From contig CBDCCS010000022.1 of NCBI GenBank assembly GCA_965214935.1, positions 352,001-416,000 on the forward strand: DNA of 64,000 nt. The letters are read 5' to 3'. The stretch is from Candidatus Velthaea sp. (GTDB taxonomy: Bacteria; Vulcanimicrobiota; Vulcanimicrobiia; Vulcanimicrobiales; Vulcanimicrobiaceae). The position numbers and the translations under genes were made by a program. Below, in pieces: positions 48,440 to 57,001 of the stretch; the stretch's first letter is position 1; each line of letters opens with the position of its first letter. Below the pieces are notes generated by a model. It was not told the origin of the DNA and made no database searches. It saw nothing but the letters and a program-made list of their open reading frames with translations.

Positions 48440-49681
48440 CTAGCTTTTAACGGTGATGACGTCGACCGTCACAACTTTGCCCGCACTGACTTTTTGCAAG
48501 GTCAAGGCCGGGCTAAGAATATCGCCGTTCTTGTCGAAGCCGATTTGGCCGATCGGTGACGCGAAATCTTTGGTGTCGGTCACGTTCTTCAACACCGCAT
48601 CGCGTTTAGGAATCGTGCCGCCGGAGCTGTCGATCGCTTTTGCAATCGCGGCGATGAGCACGTTGGTTGCGGCGTACGCACTTGCGCTGTAACCGCCGAC
48701 ATCGTGTTTGAAGCGGGTGTTGTACGCGGCAACGAACGTTTTGGCTGTGGCGAGCTTGGTGGCATCGGGCGCTGCAACGCTGAAGTACGCGCCGTTCGCC
48801 ATGCTTCCGGCGGTCGACAAGAATTCCGGATCGCTGATGCCGTCGCCGCCCATGTAGCCGACTTTGCCGAGGCCGACGTCAGCCATCTGCCGGCGGATCA
48901 AGCCTCCGCCCGTAGAAGTGGTTCCGCCGAAAAAAACCACGTCGGGTGAGCTTGATTTGATTTTGGTGAGCAGCGCTTTGAAATCTTGCTGGTTCGCCGT
49001 GATGTGCTCGTGCCCGAGCGACGTGCCGCCGAGCTTCGTCAAGTGCGCCTCGAAGCTGTCGGCTAGACCCTTGCCGTACGTCTCGTTGTCATCGATGATG
49101 AACGCTTTGCCGTAGCCGAGTTTGCGCGCGAATTGAGCCAGCGCGCCGCCTTGATTGCTGTCGTTCGTGCAAACCCGGAAATACGTGTTGATGTCGGGGT
49201 GCGACGAGCGCAACGCTTTCGCGGCATCGCCGACGGTGAGCGCATCACTCGTGTTCGACGGGCTGATCTGCACGAGTCCCGCATCGTTGGTCAACGGAAT
49301 TTCTGATTTCGCTACATTGGAGTTGAACGGCCCGATCATACCGAGCACGTCATTATCGGAGATGAACGTTTTAACGTTTTGGGCACCGGCCGCCGGATCG
49401 TGTTTGCCTTGCACCGCATCGTCGAGCAAAACCGGCGCGAGCTTGAATTTACCGCCCGCGAACCCTTTTGCATTCGCCTGTTCGATTGCGAGCACCGCGC
49501 CGTTTTGCGTCGGAATACCGATCGACGCGTCGGCGCCGCTGACCGGAAAATCGATACCGATCTTTATCGTATCGCCGGCCGGCGCGGACGATGTTCCCGA
49601 CGATGACGTGACCGTCGGTGAATTCGAGCAGCCCGAAAGTGCCGCGGCAAGTATGATTGCGAAAACGGGATGCAGACGCAT
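48440..49681 (-). CDS. livK: branched-chain amino acid ABC substrate-binding lipoprotein
   Basis: Lipobox LSGC; IKIGI..P.SG, GPFNS, YFRV...D..QG, YGKGLA. Confidence 0.88.
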   Translation of the reverse strand: MRLHPVFAIILAAALSGCSNSPTVTSSSGTSSAPAGDTIKIGIDFPVSGADASIGIPTQNGAVLAIEQANAKGFAGGKFKLAPVLLDDAVQGKHDPAAGAQNVKTFISDNDVLGMIGPFNSNVAKSEIPLTNDAGLVQISPSNTSDALTVGDAAKALRSSHPDINTYFRVCTNDSNQGGALAQFARKLGYGKAFIIDDNETYGKGLADSFEAHLTKLGGTSLGHEHITANQQDFKALLTKIKSSSPDVVFFGGTTSTGGGLIRRQMADVGLGKVGYMGGDGISDPEFLSTAGSMANGAYFSVAAPDATKLATAKTFVAAYNTRFKHDVGGYSASAYAATNVLIAAIAKAIDSSGGTIPKRDAVLKNVTDTKDFASPIGQIGFDKNGDILSPALTLQKVSAGKVVTVDVITVKS

Positions 49682-49721
49682 ATGACTCCTGACGAGGAGC
49701 GAATCGCGCCATCATACGGCT

Positions 49722-50393
49722 TTACGTCACCGGTGTCCCGCTAATGCTGACCGGGCGCGCCGCAGAACCATGATCGGCAACCGCACGCGCAGCGTTCGTC
49801 GCCAGACCGATTGCAAGATCGAGTCCCAGTCGTTCGGTATTGAGAACCAGATCGTAATTGCGGCTGTCGTAGATGTTGCACGCAAAGTAATGTTCCTGAT
49901 AGCGCTTACGGGCCTCATCGGTCCGGCTGATGCGTCGTTGCGCTTCGGCGCGGTCGACGTTCAAGCGTCGCGCCAGCTGGTCGATGCGCCACTGCGTGCC
50001 GGCTTGCAACAGGATGGCCAAGACCCCGATGCCGGCCGGACGCCAGCCGATCAAACTCACACCGCCGTGACCGATGACGACGACGTGACCGTCTTTGGCG
50101 GTATCGAGGATCAGATTGCGTACCCGATCGATAAGCGGATCGTTCGACATGCGCCACTCGGTGTTGAACGGCAGCATCGCCGATGCACGGGCGAGATCGC
50201 TCATCAAGCTCTCGCCGAAGGTCGGCGGCCGTTCGATCGTGCGTGCAACGTAGTCGGACGAAACGCCGTGCCGCTCGGAAATCTTGCTGATTACGGAGCG
50301 CTCGTCGAGCAGCGATGCGCCGAGTTCGCTTGCCAGCGCTTCGCCGATCGTGCCTCCGCCCGAACCGAGTTCTCGCGAGATCATGACGATCAT
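49722..50393 (-). CDS. cytidylate kinase-like family protein
   Basis: ISRELGSGGGTIG P-loop-like start, VVIGHG, YDLVLNT. ATG 50393 follows GAGGTG. Confidence 0.8.
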   Translation of the reverse strand: MIVMISRELGSGGGTIGEALASELGASLLDERSVISKISERHGVSSDYVARTIERPPTFGESLMSDLARASAMLPFNTEWRMSNDPLIDRVRNLILDTAKDGHVVVIGHGGVSLIGWRPAGIGVLAILLQAGTQWRIDQLARRLNVDRAEAQRRISRTDEARKRYQEHYFACNIYDSRNYDLVLNTERLGLDLAIGLATNAARAVADHGSAARPVSISGTPVT

Positions 50394-50591
50394 GTTCACC
50401 TCATCAACGATGCGACGTGCGGCGCACAGGGCGGCTGTAAAATTTCCACGCGCTTTAATTGTGTCGTCCGACGTACCCTGGCGCTTCGGGGGCGATCTGC
50501 CGATGATGCAAGGAAGCGGCCTGCCGATATCCCTCGTAGGGACGAGCACGCCGTCTCCGCTCCGCGCCAGGGAAGGCAGGATCCCCGTTCC

Positions 50592-51488
50592 ATGTTTGTT
50601 GCCATCGGCTGGGCCATCGTCGTCGGTGCCGTTATCGGAAGTTACATTCTTTCCGGCGGACACGTCGCTGCGCTGCTTCAGCCTTTTGAGCTCATGTGTA
50701 TCCTTGGTGCGTCGATCGGCGCCTTTGTCGTAAGCAATCCGGTGAAAATCCTCAAAGCCGTGATCGGTGTGATCCCGAAGTGCTTTGCCGGGCCGGCCTA
50801 CACGAAAAAGAAATACATCGAGATCATCGGTCTGTTGTTCGAGCTGCTGCAGAAAATTCGCACCCAAGGCATGCTGGCGATGGAACCGGACGTTTCAGAT
50901 CCAAAGACCAGTGCGATTTTCTCAAAGTACCCTGCGGTCCTTAAAGATCACCACCTGCTCGACTTCATCGTCGACTATTTTCGTATGATGCTCGAGGGCA
51001 ATGCCGATAAGTCGGCCATCGAAGACCTCATGAACGCCGAGCTCGAGACGCACCATGCGGAGGCGCATGCCCCGGCGGCCGCCGTGCAAGGCATGGCCGA
51101 CGGCCTGCCGGCCTTCGGCATCGTGTCGGCAGTCATGGGCGTCGTGCACACGATGGGTTCCGTTGGTGCCCCGCCGGCGGTTCTAGGTGAGATGATTGCA
51201 GCGGCACTCGTCGGCACATTTCTCGGTATTCTCATGGGCTATGGCTTCGTCGGCCCGCTCGCCAGCGTGATCGCGGCGCGCGCCGCCGACGAAGCCGTCC
51301 CCTATGAGTGCGTCAAATCGATCATCCTCGCGTATCTCGGCGGCTCAGCGCCGGGCGTTGCCGTTGAATACGGCCGCAAGGTACTCTTCGCCGGCGACCG
51401 GCCGAGTTTCAACGAGCTTGACGAAGCAATGAAAGCGACTAAAGAGTCCGCACCGCCGGCTGCTGCGGCTGCCGCCGCGGCCGCTTAA
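50592..51488 (+). CDS. motA: flagellar stator protein MotA
   Basis: QPFELMCILGA, ADGLPAFGIVSAVMGVV, ALVGTFLGILMGYGFVGP, VEYGRK. Confidence 0.93.
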   Translation: MFVAIGWAIVVGAVIGSYILSGGHVAALLQPFELMCILGASIGAFVVSNPVKILKAVIGVIPKCFAGPAYTKKKYIEIIGLLFELLQKIRTQGMLAMEPDVSDPKTSAIFSKYPAVLKDHHLLDFIVDYFRMMLEGNADKSAIEDLMNAELETHHAEAHAPAAAVQGMADGLPAFGIVSAVMGVVHTMGSVGAPPAVLGEMIAAALVGTFLGILMGYGFVGPLASVIAARAADEAVPYECVKSIILAYLGGSAPGVAVEYGRKVLFAGDRPSFNELDEAMKATKESAPPAAAAAAAAA

Positions 51489-51506
51489 CGCGAAGACGGA
51501 AGCACA

Positions 51507-52403
51507 ATGGCCGAGAAAGCCGCCGGCAAACAACTTGCCCCGATCATCATTAAGAAGGTCTACAAAAAGAGCCATGGCGGGCACCACGGCGGAGCCTGGA
51601 AAATTGCCTACGCCGATTTCGTCACCGCGATGATGGCATTTTTCCTTTTGATGTGGCTGCTGTCGTACGCCGACCCCGGCACCAAAGCCGGAATCGCCGA
51701 ATACTTCAACCGTCCGCTCAAAGGATTGCAGCTATCGGGTCCCGGCGCGGCACCGACGATGGCGCCGAAAACCATCAAAGAAAAGATCGAAGCACAAAAA
51801 AAAGCGGATCAGAAAAGTCTCGAAGGGCTCAAGGCGAAATTGCAGGCGCTCGTCGAGCAAAACCCGCGGTTGAAGGCGTATAAAAATCAAATCAAGATCG
51901 AGATTACCAGCGAGGGCATGCGGGTGCAGATCGTCGATCAAAAAAACCGGCCGATGTTCGCCGTCGGTTCGGCGATCCTGCTCGACGACATGAAAGTCAT
52001 TCTCGATCAAATCGGCAAGACGCTCAACGAAGTCGGGAATCCGATTTCGATCGCCGGCCATACCGATGCGTTGCAATACGCCGGCGGCGGACGGGGTTAC
52101 TCGAACTGGGAACTTTCGAGCGAACGCGCGAACGCGGCGCGACGCGAACTCATCAGCGGCGGAATGCGCGAGAGCAAAGTCATGCAAGTGCGCGGCTTAG
52201 CCGGCTCGGTTCCGCTCATGAAGGATCTGACGAATCCGAGCAACCGCCGGATCAGCATCGTCGTCTTGAATGCCGCAACCGTCATCCGGCTCAAAGCCGA
52301 CGGCAGCGACGTGAAGGATGAAACAACGGCCAGCGATACGCCGGCCGCAGTCGAATCGCCGGCGCCGGTACAGTCAAGTGCAGCGGAGCCGGCCAAGAAA
52401 TGA
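51507..52403 (+). CDS. motB: flagellar stator protein MotB
   Basis: GGAWKIAYADFVTAMMAFFLLMWL; OmpA-like GHTD...NWELSSERA...NRRI. Confidence 0.94.
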   Translation: MAEKAAGKQLAPIIIKKVYKKSHGGHHGGAWKIAYADFVTAMMAFFLLMWLLSYADPGTKAGIAEYFNRPLKGLQLSGPGAAPTMAPKTIKEKIEAQKKADQKSLEGLKAKLQALVEQNPRLKAYKNQIKIEITSEGMRVQIVDQKNRPMFAVGSAILLDDMKVILDQIGKTLNEVGNPISIAGHTDALQYAGGGRGYSNWELSSERANAARRELISGGMRESKVMQVRGLAGSVPLMKDLTNPSNRRISIVVLNAATVIRLKADGSDVKDETTASDTPAAVESPAPVQSSAAEPAKK

Positions 52404-52407
52404 TGCG

Positions 52408-55400
52408 TCAGGCCGTCGCGAACTCACGCACCGCGGCGGCGTTAAAGTAGGCGGCTTGCCGATGGTGCATGATAATTGCCGCCGTCGATTGCTCGGGGAC
52501 GATTTGGAAAGCCTCGGTTAGTTCGGTTCCGATTGCGGCTTGCGCGTCGAGTAAACGCCAAACGATTTCATGCTGACTGAGATCCGGACAGGCGCCGTAA
52601 CCCCAGCTATAGCGCTTCCCGCGGCCGGCTTCCAAGCGCAGTTCGGTGCGTATGCGCCGATGCATCGTTTCGGCGAGCGCTTCGGCCGATTGCACCGAGA
52701 AGCCGTGCAGAAAGTAGGACTCGCTGTAGTCGCCCGCGGCTTGCAGCCGGTCGATCTCATGCGATACGTCGCGTCCCATGCTGACGACTTGTAAGGCGAT
52801 GACGTCGCTCGCACGGCCGCCGTCCGGCTCGCGCAGATAATCGGCAAGACACAGATGTTCGCCCCCGATCTGTCGGGTGAACGGGAAACGCGCAATCTCG
52901 CGGCCGAGATCGCTCGGATCGTAGACGATGACGTCATCACCGCTGCCGGCGGCTGGGAAGTAGCCGTAGACAACGCGTGGATCGAGCAGTTTCGAGCGTT
53001 CGGCTAAGCGCTGGAAACGCGCGAGCCGCGGTGCAAACTCGGTCGCGACGATGGCGTCCCAATCCGCACCTTTCACATTCCCGCCGCCCCACGATAAACG
53101 GTACAGGCTTTTCAAATCGAAGTTCGGCCACAACTCGCGTATGTCGAGATCGCGCAGCGTCCGCACGCCGTAGAATGGTGCATGCGGAACGTCGGGATGC
53201 ACTAAGTGTTCGCGACCGGTCCGGCCGTGTGCCGGAGCCGTCGCGGCAGGCGTGCGCGCAATGTCGCGCGCGCGCAAAGCTTCGGAACGGATCCGCTCGA
53301 TGAAAACTTGCCGATCGGCGGGATTACTCATCAAGCGGTCCATGATGTCGAGGCCCTCGAAGGCATCTTTGGCATAAAAGAGCCCCGGCTCGAAGAGCGT
53401 CTCGTCGTCGACGAACGAGATTCGCCGGCTGAAATCACGATTGATCGCCGCGCCGCCGACAACGATCGGAAACGCGAGGCCGCGCGCCATTTGTTCTTTG
53501 ACGCAAACCGGCATTTGTTTCGAGGTCGATACCAGTAGCGCCGATAGACCGATTGCATCGGCGTTGACTTCAACGGCCTTTTCCAGAATCGTATTCATCG
53601 GCACTTGCTTACCAAGATCGAAGACGGTGTAGCCGTTATTCGATAGGATCGTATAAACCAGATTCTTTCCGATGTCGTGAACATCGCCGAAGACCGTTGC
53701 CAGAACGACTTTGCCTTTCGTCGTGCCTTCGACTTTATCGAGAAACTGTTCGAGGTGCGCGACGGCTTTCTTCATCACTTCGGCCGATTGCAGCACGAAC
53801 GGTAGAATAAGTTCGCCCGCGCCGAATTTATCGCCGACTTCTTTCATCGCCGGGAGCAGAACGTTGTTGAGCACATCGACGGGATCGCGAGCGTTCAGAA
53901 CCTCATCGAGCTTCGCCTCGATGCCGTCTTTGCGCCGGCGCAAGATCGCGTTGTGGATGCGCCGCTCGATCGGTGCATCGAGATCGTCGTCGACGCTTGC
54001 CGCGCTCGTCGTACCGTCGCTCTTTTTCGTTTCCCAATGTTCGATGACACGCTGTAACGCATCGGTTCGCCGATTGAAGACGAGGTCGTCGCACAGCGCG
54101 CGTTCGGTCGCATCGAGCTCGGCGTACGGCGTTATTTCCTTGGCGTTGACGAGCGCCATATCCAGCCCGGCCGCGACGCAGTGATGCAGCATGACGGAGT
54201 TCAACGCGGCGCGCGCAGGCGGCTTGAGTCCGAACGAAACGTTCGAAACGCCGAGCGACGTTAAAACGCCGGGCAGCTGCTGCTTGATGAGGCGAATCCC
54301 TTCGATCGTTTCGACCGCGGAATCCAGAAACTCGGCGTCGCCGGTCGCCAGCGTAAACGTCAACGCGTCAAAGATCAGCGCGCCCGGCGCGAGACCGAAT
54401 TCACTCGTGACGATCGCGTGAATGCGTCGCGCAATTTCGAGTTTCCGCTCGCGCGTTTTCGCCATACCGGTCTCATCGATGGTGAGGGCAACGACCGCTG
54501 CACCGGCGTCGCGCACGAGCGGCATCACATCGTCGATTCGCGTGCGGCCGTTTTCAAGATTGATCGAGTTGACGACAGCCCGGCCGGCGTAGATGTTGAG
54601 GGCCTTCTCGATGACCCGCGCTTCGGTCGAATCGATCATTAGCGGTGCTTCAACCGACTGTGCCAGCCGTTTGACGATGATTGCCATTTGCTCGTCTTCA
54701 TCGGTTCGCTCGGTTAGCGCCGTGCAGATGTCCAGAATGTGCGCGCCGCCTTCGACTTGCTCGCGTGCGACGAGCACGATGTCGTCGTAATTCTCTTCGA
54801 GCAACAGGCGTTTGATACGGCGCGACCCTTGCGAATTGATGCGCTCGCCGACGATCGTGACCGACCCGTCCTGCTTGAGCGCGACGGCCGTCATCGCCGA
54901 CGCGGCGAACTGTAGCGGCTTGGGCTGCGGCGGCCGACCCGTCCGGCCGGCGACGGCAGCAGCAAATGCCGCAATATGTTCGGGCGTCGTGCCGCAACAG
55001 CCGCCGATCGCATTGACGCCGAAATCGGTAACAAATGCACCGAGTTCGGCCGCCATCTCGGCCGGACGTTCGGGATAGATCGTCTCGCCTTTGGGTCCCA
55101 TAAGCGGCAAACCGGCGTTCGGAATAACGCTGACGTAACAGCGTGAAGACTCGACCAGATAGCGTACCGCGTCGCGCATGTGCGTCGGGCCGGTCGAACA
55201 GTTGAGGCCGATGACGTCGATCGGTAGCGCATCGAGCGTGGCGGTAACGGCCCGAATGTCGGTACCGAGCAGCATTCGTCCGGTCACGTCAAGGGTTGCC
55301 TGCGCTTGAATCGGTACGCGCCGCGCACCGCGCCGGAATTCGCGCTCGATCCCGGCGATCGCCGCCTTCATTTCCAGCAGATCCTGACTGGTCTCGAGCA

Positions 55401-55890
55401 GCAAGAGATCGACGCCCCCTTCGATGAGGTAGCGCGCCTGCTCGCCGTAAAGATCGGTGAGCCGATCGAAGCTAATCTTCGAGAGCGTCGGATCGGATGA
55501 CGAAATAAGCATTCCGGTCGGACCCATCGCACCCGCGACGAAACGCGGCCGGTCGGGCGTCGAAAACCGGTCCGCCGCTTCGCGCGCGAGCCGCGCGCCG
55601 TCACGATTGACGTCGGCAACGCGTTCACCCAGGCCGTATTCATCGAGCTTCAACCGCGAGGCGGTGAAGGTATCGGTTTCGACAACATCCGCGCCGGCGG
55701 CAAAGTAGGTTTCATGGATGCCACGGATCAACTCCGGCCGGCTTAGGACGAGCGCTTCGTTACAGCCATGATAGGCCGCACCTCCGAAGGCTTCATCGTC
55801 AAGCTCGAGCTCCATGAGCTGCGTCCCCATCGCGCCATCGAAGACGAGTACGCGCGAGTCGAGGGCCTCGAGGTAGCTGGAACGGCTCAT
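52408..55890 (-). CDS. metH: cobalamin-dependent methionine synthase
   Basis: FDGAMGT, LNCSTGP, GGCCGTTP, pterin domain, GDVHDIGKN B12 motif, RYSWGYGACPD. Confidence 0.96.
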   Translation of the reverse strand: MSRSSYLEALDSRVLVFDGAMGTQLMELELDDEAFGGAAYHGCNEALVLSRPELIRGIHETYFAAGADVVETDTFTASRLKLDEYGLGERVADVNRDGARLAREAADRFSTPDRPRFVAGAMGPTGMLISSSDPTLSKISFDRLTDLYGEQARYLIEGGVDLLLLETSQDLLEMKAAIAGIEREFRRGARRVPIQAQATLDVTGRMLLGTDIRAVTATLDALPIDVIGLNCSTGPTHMRDAVRYLVESSRCYVSVIPNAGLPLMGPKGETIYPERPAEMAAELGAFVTDFGVNAIGGCCGTTPEHIAAFAAAVAGRTGRPPQPKPLQFAASAMTAVALKQDGSVTIVGERINSQGSRRIKRLLLEENYDDIVLVAREQVEGGAHILDICTALTERTDEDEQMAIIVKRLAQSVEAPLMIDSTEARVIEKALNIYAGRAVVNSINLENGRTRIDDVMPLVRDAGAAVVALTIDETGMAKTRERKLEIARRIHAIVTSEFGLAPGALIFDALTFTLATGDAEFLDSAVETIEGIRLIKQQLPGVLTSLGVSNVSFGLKPPARAALNSVMLHHCVAAGLDMALVNAKEITPYAELDATERALCDDLVFNRRTDALQRVIEHWETKKSDGTTSAASVDDDLDAPIERRIHNAILRRRKDGIEAKLDEVLNARDPVDVLNNVLLPAMKEVGDKFGAGELILPFVLQSAEVMKKAVAHLEQFLDKVEGTTKGKVVLATVFGDVHDIGKNLVYTILSNNGYTVFDLGKQVPMNTILEKAVEVNADAIGLSALLVSTSKQMPVCVKEQMARGLAFPIVVGGAAINRDFSRRISFVDDETLFEPGLFYAKDAFEGLDIMDRLMSNPADRQVFIERIRSEALRARDIARTPAATAPAHGRTGREHLVHPDVPHAPFYGVRTLRDLDIRELWPNFDLKSLYRLSWGGGNVKGADWDAIVATEFAPRLARFQRLAERSKLLDPRVVYGYFPAAGSGDDVIVYDPSDLGREIARFPFTRQIGGEHLCLADYLREPDGGRASDVIALQVVSMGRDVSHEIDRLQAAGDYSESYFLHGFSVQSAEALAETMHRRIRTELRLEAGRGKRYSWGYGACPDLSQHEIVWRLLDAQAAIGTELTEAFQIVPEQSTAAIIMHHRQAAYFNAAAVREFATA

Positions 55891-55996
55891 ACATAACATC
55901 TTCGGCAACGACCGATGCAATCGTGTCTTTGTTTGTCCGATCGTAACTGTTCAAGCGCTATCAGACAACGTTTCCGGTCGACGGCGGGCGCGTACA

Positions 55997-57001
55997 GTGC
56001 CATGGTTGCGCCGTTGCTGCAAAACCGTTGTCCTACGCAGCAGGAGCGTGTACGATCGGACAATGGCCGACGTGGTCCGGGCCGGACGGGCCGATGAGGC
56101 GCTCCGTGCGGTGCGGCAATTATCGCCGCGCGCGAGCATCGCCTATGAGATGCGCGCCGTCCAGCGAGCCGAGATTTTCGGGTCGACCGCGTTGGCCGGC
56201 AGTCGCCTATCGCCGGTTGAGGTTGACGCGTTGCTCGATCGCGACCGCGCTCGGGGTAACCACCGTTTGGGCGACTACATCCTCGTACGGGCGTATGCCG
56301 ACGCCGCGCGTGGAATCGCCGACACGCGCGGATTTCCGGCGGGCGACCGGCGGCCGCTGATCGCCATCGAAGAGTTGCGGGCACTCAATGCGCGGGTAAC
56401 CGCCGGGACCACTGCCCGCGGCGGCGCTTGGCGGCAAGGAAACGCCATGACCGCCGGAGTCGTTTCGCCGGCAGCGTGGCTGGTCGCCCGCGAAGTCACG
56501 ACGTTGCTCGACCGGTTTGGCCGCGGACCGCAAAACATGCCGATTGCCGAATGGCTCGCCAAGTTTTTAGGTCGCTTTGCGCGCTTGTTACCGTTTGAAG
56601 CCGCCAACGGCCGGACGGGCCGGCTTGCGGCAAATCTCCTTCTGCGCCGTCTCGACGGCGTTCCGCTGGTCTTCGCAAAGCCGGACCGGCGGCAGTACGC
56701 TAGCGCATTGGCAGCGGCCGAAGCCGACGACCAGAACGCACTTGCGCGGATCGTCGCCGCTGCACTCATCCGGACGTCGGAGCGACTGGTGAACGCCGGA
56801 CATCAAGCCGATACCCTCGTAGCGCCGCTGCGCACTCTTGCCGGCGACGACTATACGAGCCTCGCAAAGGCAGCTCAGCGCGGCCGGCTGCGCACCATCG
56901 TGCGCAGCGGCCGGTATTACACAACGGCGGAGTGGATCGACGCGTACCGGACCGCTACACGCCGCGTACTGCCGGCTCCGGCGACTCGCCCAATCCCGTG
57001 A
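55997..57001 (+). CDS. Fic-fold protein with degenerate catalytic motif and C-terminal HTH-like domain (start uncertain, alternative 56063)
   Basis: LPFEAANGRTGR in place of HPFxDGNGRxxR. Tail LRTLA...SLAKAAQRGRLRT..RSGRYYTTAEWIDAY. Confidence 0.8.
   Translation: MPWLRRCCKTVVLRSRSVYDRTMADVVRAGRADEALRAVRQLSPRASIAYEMRAVQRAEIFGSTALAGSRLSPVEVDALLDRDRARGNHRLGDYILVRAYADAARGIADTRGFPAGDRRPLIAIEELRALNARVTAGTTARGGAWRQGNAMTAGVVSPAAWLVAREVTTLLDRFGRGPQNMPIAEWLAKFLGRFARLLPFEAANGRTGRLAANLLLRRLDGVPLVFAKPDRRQYASALAAAEADDQNALARIVAAALIRTSERLVNAGHQADTLVAPLRTLAGDDYTSLAKAAQRGRLRTIVRSGRYYTTAEWIDAYRTATRRVLPAPATRPIP

Noticed and set aside
50495..50530. Complete sigma28 promoter for motAB
   Set aside because: GCCGATAT matches the -10, but no TAAA-like -35 lies at 15-bp spacing, so it is not reported as a feature.
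49770..50591. Long N-terminal extensions of motA (and likewise of nuoB/D/G/I/J/L/M, pduO and the esterase) in the ORF track
   Set aside because: Artefacts of longest-ORF calling in GC-rich DNA. Family homology and RBS or stop-start overlaps begin at the downstream starts given.
50592..52403. motAB as the ZorAB core of a Zorya defence system
   Set aside because: MotA is normal length with no long ZorA tail, the motifs are flagellar-type, and no zorC/D/E genes are adjacent.
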